From IMG/VR virus record IMGVR_UViG_3300036982_000457, positions 1 to 30,551 of that record: a stretch of DNA of 30,551 nucleotides; one strand, written 5' to 3'. Position 1 is the first letter of the stretch. Each line of letters opens with the position of its first letter. The DNA is from a virus (lineage: Duplodnaviria; Caudoviricetes). Both the position numbers and the translations under genes were made by a program. A model generated the notes under the pieces. It ran no database searches. It had not been told where the DNA came from and worked only from the letters and a program-made list of their open reading frames with translations. Positions 1 to 8,826 of the stretch are shown here, in pieces.

Positions 1-795
1 TATTTTTAATCCATCTATCAAACTAAAAAAATCTGAATTACCACTATAAATAACCACATAATAATATTGGTCATTTACTTTATCAAGTATTATTTTCCCT
101 CCTGTTATTATCTCAATCCCGTCCTGAACCAGCTTACAGGTTTTCTTACGATAAGGGTATGTAGTATTGATTCCTACCTCTCCCGATAGCTCAAACAAGT
201 CTCTCATCTCTCTGGTCTTCCTGATCTTGAAAGTAGCTGTAAAATCAGACTGACGATCCTGTAGCTCCGATACGTCATTGACTTGTTTGTTCTGCGGTAT
301 CATCTCATCATCATCCAGATCGCAAAGGACATCTCCTATGTATAGCTTTTGAGATTTCTGTAATACTGAGGAATAAACTGCAAGTTCCTTTCGTGTTATC
401 TCAAACTCAAAGACAAATCCCGGTGCGCCAGTATCCCGTATTACATGATCGCCTCTTGTAAGATCAACCTCACGCCAGTTATATGCCGTAGCTCCTACAG
501 GCTCATACATCATTACTTTCTCTGCCATCAGAAGTCCTGTAAACCCGCCAATGTTTAAAGCTGATATTCCTTCCATCCTGATCTTGTAGGAGTATTCGAT
601 CTTTAGCTTTGTTGGTCTCTCGATCTTTGAGATAACAGAGAATACCCTGCTGACCTGAGTATCCATGCTCTCGGACTTCTGTTCGATCTCATAGCCGTTA
701 GTAAAGTTGTAATAATGCCAGCCATTGAACCACCAACGTAGATATAATCCCTCGGTACAGTTTGACACTAAGACTTTTATAGCACCTATCCTCAT
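1..795 (-). CDS. Tail protein, truncated at the window edge (N-terminal YLRW distal-tail-like domain plus tail-tip/hub-like domain)
   Basis: Not in the ORF track. Read by hand from ATG 795 and open to position 1: MRIGAIKVLVSNCTEGLYLRWWFNGWHYYNF...LYIGDVLCDLDDDEMIPQNKQVNDVSELQDRQSDFTATFKIRKT. ATGA overlap with the upstream stop. Confidence 0.75.
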   Translation of the reverse strand, partial: MRIGAIKVLVSNCTEGLYLRWWFNGWHYYNFTNGYEIEQKSESMDTQVSRVFSVISKIERPTKLKIEYSYKIRMEGISALNIGGFTGLLMAEKVMMYEPVGATAYNWREVDLTRGDHVIRDTGAPGFVFEFEITRKELAVYSSVLQKSQKLYIGDVLCDLDDDEMIPQNKQVNDVSELQDRQSDFTATFKIRKTREMRDLFELSGEVGINTTYPYRKKTCKLVQDGIEIITGGKIILDKVNDQYYYVVIYSGNSDFFSLIDGLKI

Positions 796-1067
796 TTCAA
801 ATAGCAATAAAGTTTATTCCAGATCATTGAACAAAGTATCCCCAAAGAAACAAAAAACAGTAACTCAATGATATTAAAGTGTTTAAAGAAGACGAAGTAC
901 CATAAACAGACCTGTCCTGTAAAGCATTTATAGCACCCACCCATTGGACGGCATATCCAGTCGGGAAGCTTATTTATTAATTTCTGATACCATTCAAAGA
1001 TCATTCCCTCCGATCCCAGAGCGCAGAACATAAAACTAATAAGCGATATCTTTAATATGTCTATCAT
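792..1067 (-). CDS. Small membrane protein with CxxC (DUF1360-like)
   Basis: Hydrophobic segments, GGCYKCFTGQV motif, ATGA overlaps on both sides. Confidence 0.6.
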   Translation of the reverse strand: MIDILKISLISFMFCALGSEGMIFEWYQKLINKLPDWICRPMGGCYKCFTGQVCLWYFVFFKHFNIIELLFFVSLGILCSMIWNKLYCYLK

Positions 1068-2467
1068 GTTACGAGATCATCACAAAGTTTAGCAGCACTA
1101 TTGGTATGTAATGCCTGTCCTATGATTGCAGTAGTATTAGCCTGTCCTGTTCCTATTGCCTGCCCTTGAGCCGTAACACCAATTTCTACAGTATCTATAT
1201 TACTCCATATCTGTGTATCGGCTTGATCTGTTGGCGCAGCCTCAAGATAATCATTACCCGATTTCCAGAATATCAATCCACCGGCCGGACCTACACCTCG
1301 TAAAGCATACACAGTAAGTGATGTAAAAAACCTACACGCCCTAACACTTGGACTATTTGATTTTCCCGCTGCATTATGCACCCCTATTGTAAATACACTA
1401 CCGTAAGCATTATTAGCATCATACTCTGTTGAACTCCAATAGTAGTTAGGATCAAAGCCACCAACCCCAAATACATAAAGCTCATCATACATTGCTATTA
1501 ACTCGTCCCTTGAAGGAAGGAACCAGTCGTTATATATAGCAGGAACATAACTATCTTTTATCAGCCTCAGTGATGCAGCCCAGTTCTTAGGAAAATATAT
1601 TGACCTGTCAATCGTTGCGCTGGCATTACTTAACATAAATATCCTTGCGTCATTCGTAGTACAGTCTGCCATCCAAAATGCACCAATATAGAACGCACTC
1701 ATATACCCGTAAGTCGCATCCCAATACCCGCCACCTTTAGCAAGAAATCCTGAGTCAAGCAATCCCGTATTTGGTGGATACCAATGCGTTGTACCCTTTA
1801 GTCTTCCTCCCGCTGTGAGGGTAGTTCCAAGATAGGCAATCAACGTATCCACCTCTGACAAGAAAGGAACGTGCCATCCCGTAGGTACAAAGCCCGGACT
1901 CATTATCTGGTTATAAGTGTATAACCCTCCAAGATCATTTCGCCATCCTTCATTGTCTGATAGAACCTTTGATCCGGGATAGTTAGAATCCCAGTTCTTA
2001 CACATCCATGTCTGTGACCCGATATTAATTGAGCAGTAAATAATCGCAGGAGGAACAACTGGAATATCAGGAACAGGCGTATAACCGTTATTATAAGATA
2101 CTTCCTTGCTACCTATCATTGCAATGAACTCAACCTCTGCACCCGCTACCGTATTGTTATAGACATTCATGCTTCCCGGCTCAATGCGGATATTCATCCA
2201 TCCCGCTAAAGTAAGTAGTGATACTTCTCTTGTCATCATGATAGTTCTGATACCAAGCATCTGTCCTCTTGTTACCTGACCCGATCCCATTAGAACTTTC
2301 CTATGTCCATAAGTTCTGTATTTTTCGCCCTCAGTAACTACCGTAAGCGTTCCCGGAAGAAAGTACCAGTAATGCCAGCCGTTGTAATACCATCTAAGGT
2401 AATACCCGTTACAGACTTTCCTGATAGGAACCCTTAGAAGATCATATATGTTTATTCCCCATCCCAT
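1064..2467 (-). CDS. Tail/receptor-binding protein: YLRW domain, Pro linker, Fib_succ_major-like CLec domain, DUF1566/Lcl-like CLec domain
   Basis: IGSQTWMCKN, GGLYTY, PTGWHVP, GFLAKGGGY and SLRLIKD (Fib_succ_major-like, aa ~145-305). DWFLPSRDEL, YWSSTE, VRACR and GPAGGLIF..YLEAAP (DUF1566-like, aa 312-467). Confidence 0.8.
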   Translation of the reverse strand: MGWGINIYDLLRVPIRKVCNGYYLRWYYNGWHYWYFLPGTLTVVTEGEKYRTYGHRKVLMGSGQVTRGQMLGIRTIMMTREVSLLTLAGWMNIRIEPGSMNVYNNTVAGAEVEFIAMIGSKEVSYNNGYTPVPDIPVVPPAIIYCSINIGSQTWMCKNWDSNYPGSKVLSDNEGWRNDLGGLYTYNQIMSPGFVPTGWHVPFLSEVDTLIAYLGTTLTAGGRLKGTTHWYPPNTGLLDSGFLAKGGGYWDATYGYMSAFYIGAFWMADCTTNDARIFMLSNASATIDRSIYFPKNWAASLRLIKDSYVPAIYNDWFLPSRDELIAMYDELYVFGVGGFDPNYYWSSTEYDANNAYGSVFTIGVHNAAGKSNSPSVRACRFFTSLTVYALRGVGPAGGLIFWKSGNDYLEAAPTDQADTQIWSNIDTVEIGVTAQGQAIGTGQANTTAIIGQALHTNSAAKLCDDLVT

Positions 2468-3435
2468 TATACTGAAATTTCTGCTGTGAAGTACGCTGCA
2501 CCCGAAGGAATTGTAAGCGTATCAATGTTCAAAGAATTAATATACCCCTCAAGTGAATCAGCATCAACTAACTCAACAACTGTACTTAATAGGAGATTAT
2601 TAGAATCGTAAATATTAATAGTTACTGTAATATCCGATGTTGGACTGACCCTTGCGAGTTCAGGTAATATGAACGAAAGATCAAAAGGCAGTCCCAAGAA
2701 ATATACCGGAGTGTCGAACTGGTTCAAGAAAGGAGCATCATTCAAAGTGGTAGCTACGTAATCATGCAGGTTCGATCCCTGTTCCTCACTCCTTACACAT
2801 TCACCGTAATACCAGTCGTTCATGATAGGAGGACTGGCAATAGGAGAAGTGATAACATCGCCTTCCCATGATCCTGTATATCCAACCCACCGCTCCCGAT
2901 ATTCAAAGTTAAACATACCAGATTTAGTATATTCCTTCATGATTCTGGAGGTGTAGTCACCTACCTTGCCAAGAGATGTTACTATCCTTAGAATGCCAGA
3001 TACATCAAGATCAGCAAATCCTTTACTGTCGGGAGATGCAATTATTGTAAGAGGGTAAACAATTCCATTTACAATTAACTGTCCTTCGAAATAGTAATTA
3101 GCAAACTCAGTATTGTCGTTTACATAACTCGCTGATCCAAGCACTGAGGCGTAAAGTATATCGGTTAAAATTGCCGTTGCTGTTCCGATATCGGTTATCG
3201 TCCCGACGTAAGAGTTACCTAACGAGTCAACTACGGTAACGCTGTTATCAATCTGACCCGTATAAGCAGGACTCGGATTGAATGCCAGATACCCGCCTAC
3301 ATTAGACGAGCCAAGAAGAACATAATCCCTTCTTTGTAGTCTGAAGTTATTAGGACTCTCAGTAGCTAACCATCTACTGATAATCGTGGGGTCTAACGGT
3401 TCCGGATATGCCGGTGTGCTTATCAGTGTTATCAT
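2467..3435 (-). CDS. Putative tail structural protein
   Basis: 322 aa beta-rich acidic ORF inside the tail module, translationally coupled to its neighbours. Confidence 0.6.
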   Translation of the reverse strand: MITLISTPAYPEPLDPTIISRWLATESPNNFRLQRRDYVLLGSSNVGGYLAFNPSPAYTGQIDNSVTVVDSLGNSYVGTITDIGTATAILTDILYASVLGSASYVNDNTEFANYYFEGQLIVNGIVYPLTIIASPDSKGFADLDVSGILRIVTSLGKVGDYTSRIMKEYTKSGMFNFEYRERWVGYTGSWEGDVITSPIASPPIMNDWYYGECVRSEEQGSNLHDYVATTLNDAPFLNQFDTPVYFLGLPFDLSFILPELARVSPTSDITVTINIYDSNNLLLSTVVELVDADSLEGYINSLNIDTLTIPSGAAYFTAEISV

Positions 3436-3884
3436 AATACATCCATTGTAATTTTACTAATCTCTTTAGAAAACTTTTCTTCGATCTTCTTAATCGTGTC
3501 TTTACGGACTGTATTATATACGTCAACAAAAACACCTTTGCGAAATTGCTCATTCCCAAGTTTATTTATTTTTCTTGCAATAACAAATGCTAATCCTTTT
3601 CTTTCCCTGTCTGTTTTATCGCTGAATAAATTATGCTTTATTATCCAGTTATATATACGAACCCTTAGCAGTGGGTTGCCAATATTCCTGCCACGCCACG
3701 GACCTCTACCTCTTTCCAATACACCCAACCAGTAAGGAACAAGAATACCATCATGAAGCTCTGTTATCTCAATAGTGAACATAGCCATGATGGAATCGGA
3801 AATCTTATTGCCAGAGTAACTATTTTTCTGGCTGATAAGTTTCACCATCTCCTCAAGTTCAGGTCGTAAGTCTATTCCAATCAT
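3432..3884 (-). CDS. Putative neck/tail-completion protein (HK97 gp10-like position and character)
   Basis: YWLGVLERGRGP...IYNWI...LAFVIARKINKLG pattern. Probable start is ATG 3884 (MIGIDLRPE), with ATGA overlap. Confidence 0.6.
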   Translation of the reverse strand: MIGIDLRPELEEMVKLISQKNSYSGNKISDSIMAMFTIEITELHDGILVPYWLGVLERGRGPWRGRNIGNPLLRVRIYNWIIKHNLFSDKTDRERKGLAFVIARKINKLGNEQFRKGVFVDVYNTVRKDTIKKIEEKFSKEISKITMDVL

Positions 3885-3973
3885 AAGAAGTAAAGATAAG
3901 ACCAAATTATACCAATACTTAATACCACCACCGCTGCAAGGAAATAAATATTATCCTTATTTAATTTGTTCAT
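3881..3973 (-). CDS. 30-aa single-pass membrane peptide
   Basis: MNKLNKDNIYFLAAVVVLSIGIIWSYLYFL*, with ATGA overlaps at both ends that exactly fill the gap. Confidence 0.6.
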   Translation of the reverse strand: MNKLNKDNIYFLAAVVVLSIGIIWSYLYFL

Positions 3974-4410
3974 AAGCATGGGTCACGTGTTTCGTTTTTC
4001 AAATAATATAAATCCAAAGGCAATGCCCATCCTATTACATTGGCATCGTATTTTGTTTCCTGAATCTTTAAGACAGTAACAGGGGTCAGGGTCTTAAACT
4101 CAGCCTCATGAATGAGCCTTACGATAATCTCCTTGCATACATCAAGCAAAGCCTGTAATTTGACCTCATTGTTATCCGCTGTATCCTCAAGCCTGACCTG
4201 TTGCATCACCTCAATTGTGATAGGCTTAAAATGCTCATGGATAGCATTTGCCTTTACCTCAAGTATAACGTCATTAGGCTGAATGATAAGTCCTATTGTG
4301 TCATACTGCATTGCCTCATCTGTGAATAGATTAGCAAGTTTATCCGATTCGTATATTACATGAGTACACCCGGAGTCAGTAAGTATCTGTTTAAGTTTTG
4401 CTGTTATCAT
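3970..4410 (-). CDS. Putative tail terminator-like protein
   Basis: 146 aa, acidic, C-terminal YDANVIGW motif. Assignment rests on size and position. Confidence 0.5.
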   Translation of the reverse strand: MITAKLKQILTDSGCTHVIYESDKLANLFTDEAMQYDTIGLIIQPNDVILEVKANAIHEHFKPITIEVMQQVRLEDTADNNEVKLQALLDVCKEIIVRLIHEAEFKTLTPVTVLKIQETKYDANVIGWALPLDLYYLKNETRDPCL

Positions 4411-5393
4411 TATTCAAATATTATACAAGTTTCCGAATCACCATCTGTCTGAACCATAATTAACCCTACATAAAAATCAAGATCAAATTTAATTGTTCCT
4501 ACGCATTGTACAAGGTCAAAAAGTATAATCTGTCCCGACAATGCTCCGGTAGTTGCACAGTCATATAAGGCTAATGTTCCTTTATTGTTTCCATTTATAA
4601 CTGCGTGAAGCGTCCCCGGCCCTGTCTTTAGTAATCCATTAGCAGCAGCAACAGCAGCGTTGGAATATTTATATATCGGTCGGCTTTCCGGCTCTCCAAG
4701 TCTTGATATTGCTAATGTTCTGCAATTAAGACTTACTGCTGGGCCTATAAGTGTATTTATATTCTGTAAAGCACACGGAAAGGTTAATGTTTCAGTATTC
4801 GGGGAAGTCAGCCCTGTTATAGTATGAACAATGTTATCATCAATAAAGAAGTAAACATTTGTATTTGTATATTGAATCTCATAAGTATGAACATTTGTAT
4901 CCAATGTGAAGGCTGCCGCATAAGTTCCTGTCCATGCTGCTTTGGCTATAACTTGATCTGCCACTGCCCTCTTGCGAATAACAAGATTAAATGTTGCGGC
5001 ATTAAGTTGAAACATAAATCCATCTGTTGCCGTAAAACATCCCCAATTTCTGACGTTGTTATTTGCAGCACTACCCAGATCAGGAAGCCTAATCACAGCT
5101 CTCCACTTATTTGCTGCACCTGATATATACCTTCCTGTCCTTGTAGAGGTATAAACGGCTGCTGATCCACTATCCGTTGTCACGGCAAGTACGGCCTGTC
5201 CTCCGGTAATAGTTACCGTGCCATTTGTCACTGTACCTGTCTCTGACCAGAATATAGGATTCTTTACAGTACCATGAAAAGGAGTGCCACATAATCTAAC
5301 TACCTTATGTGTGCTTAATGTTCGCATAGGACTAACCTGAACTGTTTTATTCAGATTCCGTCCCGTAATAAACATCCTTTGAAAGAAGCTCAT
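4410..5393 (-). CDS. Virion protein with concanavalin/lectin-like beta-sandwich
   Basis: Thr/Gly/Ala-rich, with HTYEIQY..VYFFIDD (ConA/LamG-like strand pattern). Confidence 0.55.
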   Translation of the reverse strand: MSFFQRMFITGRNLNKTVQVSPMRTLSTHKVVRLCGTPFHGTVKNPIFWSETGTVTNGTVTITGGQAVLAVTTDSGSAAVYTSTRTGRYISGAANKWRAVIRLPDLGSAANNNVRNWGCFTATDGFMFQLNAATFNLVIRKRAVADQVIAKAAWTGTYAAAFTLDTNVHTYEIQYTNTNVYFFIDDNIVHTITGLTSPNTETLTFPCALQNINTLIGPAVSLNCRTLAISRLGEPESRPIYKYSNAAVAAANGLLKTGPGTLHAVINGNNKGTLALYDCATTGALSGQIILFDLVQCVGTIKFDLDFYVGLIMVQTDGDSETCIIFE

Positions 5394-5764
5394 ATTATTA
5401 CAAATTTACCCGTTACATAATCCTTTATATCCATACAGCTACCCTGATAAAGTAGTTGATTAAGTTCGCCATTAATAGTATCACCGCCATCTCCATCAAC
5501 TGTAACAATACCAATATTTATATTTGCTATCTGACGTATCCTGTTTGACCCTGTTGCTGGTAATAAATTTACTGTAATGGCTGTTAAAGAATCGCAAATA
5601 ATCATTGAATCAGTTGTTAACTCAGTAGTCGTAATCGCAGTGATCCTTGTAGTATAGTTGTTATTTATTCCAGCATTTGTATGAACCGCCGGAATTACCG
5701 GCTGCTTTCCATGATGCTTATCAAAGTATCTCTCTTTCATCTCCTGCAACTTAATGGCTGACAT
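5390..5764 (-). CDS. Tail-fibre-like small structural protein
   Basis: TVNLLPA...IANINIGIVTVDGDGGDTING motif typical of phage fibre modules. Confidence 0.5.
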   Translation of the reverse strand: MSAIKLQEMKERYFDKHHGKQPVIPAVHTNAGINNNYTTRITAITTTELTTDSMIICDSLTAITVNLLPATGSNRIRQIANINIGIVTVDGDGGDTINGELNQLLYQGSCMDIKDYVTGKFVII

Positions 5765-5958
5765 TCAAAATGTCTTGCTCTTACAACCTCCTCAGGCGTA
5801 GCAGGACGGCAAAACACATCGCAGTACCCTGCATGACTATTAAACATAAGATGCTCCCCATCTATATCAACAATCTGGAAAACATGGGTACGTTCCCCAT
5901 TTTCATAATAATACCAATCTCCGATCTTAGTCATGATACTTTGATTTAGATTCTTCAT
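5737..5958 (-). CDS. Hypothetical protein (start may be ATG 5934)
   Basis: Fills the gap between neighbours; C-terminal RPATPEEV motif is common in small phage proteins. Confidence 0.45.
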   Translation of the reverse strand: MKNLNQSIMTKIGDWYYYENGERTHVFQIVDIDGEHLMFNSHAGYCDVFCRPATPEEVVRARHFECQPLSCRR

Positions 5959-6550
5959 TCATCAGCTCGAAATACCTACTCTGATAGTCGTTTGTTTCCT
6001 TTGCTATCATAAATCGTACTAGACATTCATTGTAAGGCGTCAGAAGGACTTCCGGGACAGTACACTTCATTGCGTCACGCAGAAAATCCAATGATGTTAA
6101 TTCAGAAAATACGTTGAGTTTCTCAATCCCGGCAGCCAGTTCAATCTTGGAAGGCTCCCGATGTAACAGTTTTTGTTCCCGTTCTACTAACTCACCCACC
6201 AAATTGACTAAGTGCATAGCAGTAGGATATAATTCTTTGACATCGCAAGTTATAACTATTTTTCCGAATAATAACGCCTTGTCTTCATCCCATTTTTCAC
6301 CAGTATATTTCGTGTAATAATAACCGTCTATCATTCTGATGATTAACCCAAAATCATTTTCCTCTTTCCTTGAAAAGAACAACCTCTGACCGTAACAGAT
6401 ATTATCAGCCAGCTCCTTTGAGTCTTTCGGGATAGGTAGTTTCTTTCTTTTGATCTTTAAAAAATCAGATACAGGCAACTTAATAAGTCCATCTGGAAGA
6501 CCGTAGTACTTATCAAACCTGAGGATCATATCTTTTAATGTTACCTCCAT
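5927..6550 (-). CDS. Hypothetical helical protein downstream of terminase (tail-assembly-chaperone-like C-terminus)
   Basis: 207 aa ORF overlapping the TerL end; C-terminal EVLLTPYNECL..AKE pattern. Confidence 0.5.
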   Translation of the reverse strand: MEVTLKDMILRFDKYYGLPDGLIKLPVSDFLKIKRKKLPIPKDSKELADNICYGQRLFFSRKEENDFGLIIRMIDGYYYTKYTGEKWDEDKALLFGKIVITCDVKELYPTAMHLVNLVGELVEREQKLLHREPSKIELAAGIEKLNVFSELTSLDFLRDAMKCTVPEVLLTPYNECLVRFMIAKETNDYQSRYFELMNEESKSKYHD

Positions 6551-7695
6551 TGCTGTACGCTTGCCCTTCTTTTAGTTGTTTCATGTACATAATAACGCAG
6601 ACCGTCCAATAGATGATTATAACTATCGTTGGGAATACCTGCTTTCTTATCATTCCATGTATAGTTTCTGAGTTCCTTCACCAAGTCAACTGACTCTTTA
6701 TCGGTGATTATATCATAGTCCTGTACCAGACGTATACCCTCCACAACACTACCGGATCGCTTCTCAACGCCTTTGATATTACTTTCCTTCCGTAACTCTG
6801 CTATCATTCTCGGATTGGCACTATCGGCAATTATCAGCTCATGACTTCTGGAATAAGTTTTAATTGCAGTTTTAAGATCCGTCACCTGAAGTTCATTAAG
6901 ATAAAAACATTCCTTAGCGTATATCTTGCGATTCTTTTCATCAATAGCAACCTTAACCATAGCATCTGGGTCGGGATGAAATCCGAAGTCCAGCCCAAAA
7001 CCAAAAGGTAAGGACTCATCAAAATCTCCATACTCCCAGTTTGGATATATAACACCCTCCAGTTTACCAATCTTACCTTCAAGATAAACCCTTTTGTAAT
7101 TAGGGTCACGTTCAGCTCTTAATAGTATATCTTTCCGTATAGCTTCTGACAAGAAAGGATTATCTAATAATGTGGAATGAATTACTGTTATGTCATCTTT
7201 ATATTGCGGGTTATTGATATACTGTTCATACACCCAGAACTCGGATACAGGGTTCCAATCTGCAAAAACTTGCTTTCGGGTTCTCTGTACCAGGTGAAAG
7301 AATGTATCGTAATCTATGTATTGCAGCTCGTTTACGAATAGATAATCCCTTTCAGGTCCATGTACCCTTCCCGGAGTATCAACGCTGAAAAACTCGATTA
7401 TAGAGTGATTTACGGTATATATGTTTTCCGATTTATTATGATCCTTTTCGTTATAAAGATTATTCTTTTTAAGGAAACTGAAGAAATCACGCATAGCACC
7501 TTTTCTGAGATGAGGCATTGTCTCCGATACTATTGAAATGATAATTGGTGTAGGACTCTCGCCTGCTAATGTGTAACAGACCTGATTGAGTGAGTAAGTT
7601 TTTGTTGAGCGGGTGCCGCCCTCATTAAGAACGTAACGAGTATTTGCATTAAGATTTTTGAAATATATATCAGAGGTCTTTATTGTCAGTTCCAT
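6541..7695 (-). CDS. terL: Terminase large subunit (PBSX/Terminase_3-type)
   Basis: Walker A GGTRSTKT, Walker B YLFVNE, coupling motif DWNP, nuclease motifs GLDFGF.PDP, IIADSA and NHLLDGLRY. Confidence 0.95.
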   Translation of the reverse strand: MELTIKTSDIYFKNLNANTRYVLNEGGTRSTKTYSLNQVCYTLAGESPTPIIISIVSETMPHLRKGAMRDFFSFLKKNNLYNEKDHNKSENIYTVNHSIIEFFSVDTPGRVHGPERDYLFVNELQYIDYDTFFHLVQRTRKQVFADWNPVSEFWVYEQYINNPQYKDDITVIHSTLLDNPFLSEAIRKDILLRAERDPNYKRVYLEGKIGKLEGVIYPNWEYGDFDESLPFGFGLDFGFHPDPDAMVKVAIDEKNRKIYAKECFYLNELQVTDLKTAIKTYSRSHELIIADSANPRMIAELRKESNIKGVEKRSGSVVEGIRLVQDYDIITDKESVDLVKELRNYTWNDKKAGIPNDSYNHLLDGLRYYVHETTKRRASVQQWR

Positions 7696-7966
7696 TCCGA
7701 GTGAATGTAATGTTTATTTTTTCACCGTCTTTTCCTGTTAATTCCTGCCTTGCGAGTTTAGGGATTACATATTCCGAAAGGTCACTTAATATCCGTATTG
7801 CTTTCTCTGGGTCTTTCAGTGCTATCTGTTCAAGCCAGTCAGTTAGATTATCCAGATTCTTTTCAATGAGCTTCTGATATGCTTCTTTGATATCTGATGT
7901 GGCTTTATTCGGAACTCCGGCTGGTCTGCCATTTGGATTATTTGTATGTCCTTTTTTTGGAGCCAT
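7670..7966 (-). CDS. terS: Terminase small subunit
   Basis: KKGHTNNPNGRPAGVPNK N-terminus and ELTGKDG C-terminus, directly upstream of TerL. Confidence 0.85.
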   Translation of the reverse strand: MAPKKGHTNNPNGRPAGVPNKATSDIKEAYQKLIEKNLDNLTDWLEQIALKDPEKAIRILSDLSEYVIPKLARQELTGKDGEKINITFTRNGTDNKDL

Positions 7967-8027
7967 GCTTTGTAATTATTTGTTCTTTTCAAATAGAACC
8001 AGACTGTAAAATTACTATTATTATTTG

Positions 8028-8246
8028 TTATTTAAAAATATATTTTAATCCTGCTGTTTCCAACTGCTTAATCTTTCTTTTCATGTTTGTTTTTTTATTG
8101 AAGTAGAATATTGCTCTAATATCTGGTACAGAGATAGATAGCATCTTACTTGTATCGGGTGATTTGACCTTTCGGAGTTGTACTTTAGTTATCCTTGCCC
8201 GTTCAAAGTTTGAAGTATTGGCATTAAATACATCTTTCTGTTTCAT
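8028..8246 (-). CDS. Hypothetical basic protein
   Basis: ORF in the coding chain. Confidence 0.5.
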   Translation of the reverse strand: MKQKDVFNANTSNFERARITKVQLRKVKSPDTSKMLSISVPDIRAIFYFNKKTNMKRKIKQLETAGLKYIFK

Positions 8247-8415
8247 CTTTTATCGGTTCAGTTATTGATAATACTGCTGTTCGTGGTATGTCTAATCTGC
8301 TTCCGTCTTCGGGGTTAATGGTCTCGATTACCTTGCTTCTTTTCTTTATTATGTCAAGTACCATGTCGTAAGGCTGACCGTCTTTATTGATGAATCTTAT
8401 GCGTTGGAGTCCCAT
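8224..8415 (-). CDS. Hypothetical protein
   Basis: 63 aa; begins MGLQRI, as does the upstream gene. Confidence 0.55.
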   Translation of the reverse strand: MGLQRIRFINKDGQPYDMVLDIIKKRSKVIETINPEDGSRLDIPRTAVLSITEPIKDETERCI

Positions 8416-8447
8416 TATCTTTTTCTTAACTTGTTATACAGATTTAT

Positions 8448-8825
8448 TCATTTATACATTTTTAGTTCACATATCTTTTTAGGATATTGCCAATGTTGAT
8501 ATTTTAGTAGCCAAATTTGCCAATTAATATGTCTTCTTCGAGTTTTATTATCATGTTTTTTATCTTCCCTTATTATTTTTCTTAAATGCTTTTTAATTCT
8601 ATTATAAACCCATAAAGCACACTCTTCCTCGCTATCGCTATAAAAGTCGGGTTCCCATTTTGCAACTCCGGACAAATCTAAATGCGCTCTCCAATATTGT
8701 AAATCATTAATTGATTCACGATAAATATAATTATATTTACTTTTACTAATGTACTTATGAATAGGATAGGGTTTGGTTCTTTGCCCTAATAATTTTAATA
8801 CTAACTTTATTCTTTGGAGTCCCAT
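8448..8825 (-). CDS. Hypothetical protein with degenerate AP2-like DNA-binding motif
   Basis: SKYNYIY...YWRAHL...FYSDSEEECALWVYNRI resembles the AP2 pattern SKYKGV..W.A.I..F...EEAA.AYD. Confidence 0.45.
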   Translation of the reverse strand: MGLQRIKLVLKLLGQRTKPYPIHKYISKSKYNYIYRESINDLQYWRAHLDLSGVAKWEPDFYSDSEEECALWVYNRIKKHLRKIIREDKKHDNKTRRRHINWQIWLLKYQHWQYPKKICELKMYK

Positions 8826-8826
8826 G

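Noticed and set aside
1325-1740. Active DGR (VR/TR pair plus reverse transcriptase) in this window
   Set aside because: No RT ORF and no second copy of either candidate VR found by eye; candidate variable codons are not restricted to NNY. Cannot be excluded outside the window.
8003-8014. TAATTTTACAGT upstream of terS, resembling TAAATTTACAGT at 13021-13032, as a late promoter
   Set aside because: Only two AT-rich instances; plausible but not distinguishable from chance.
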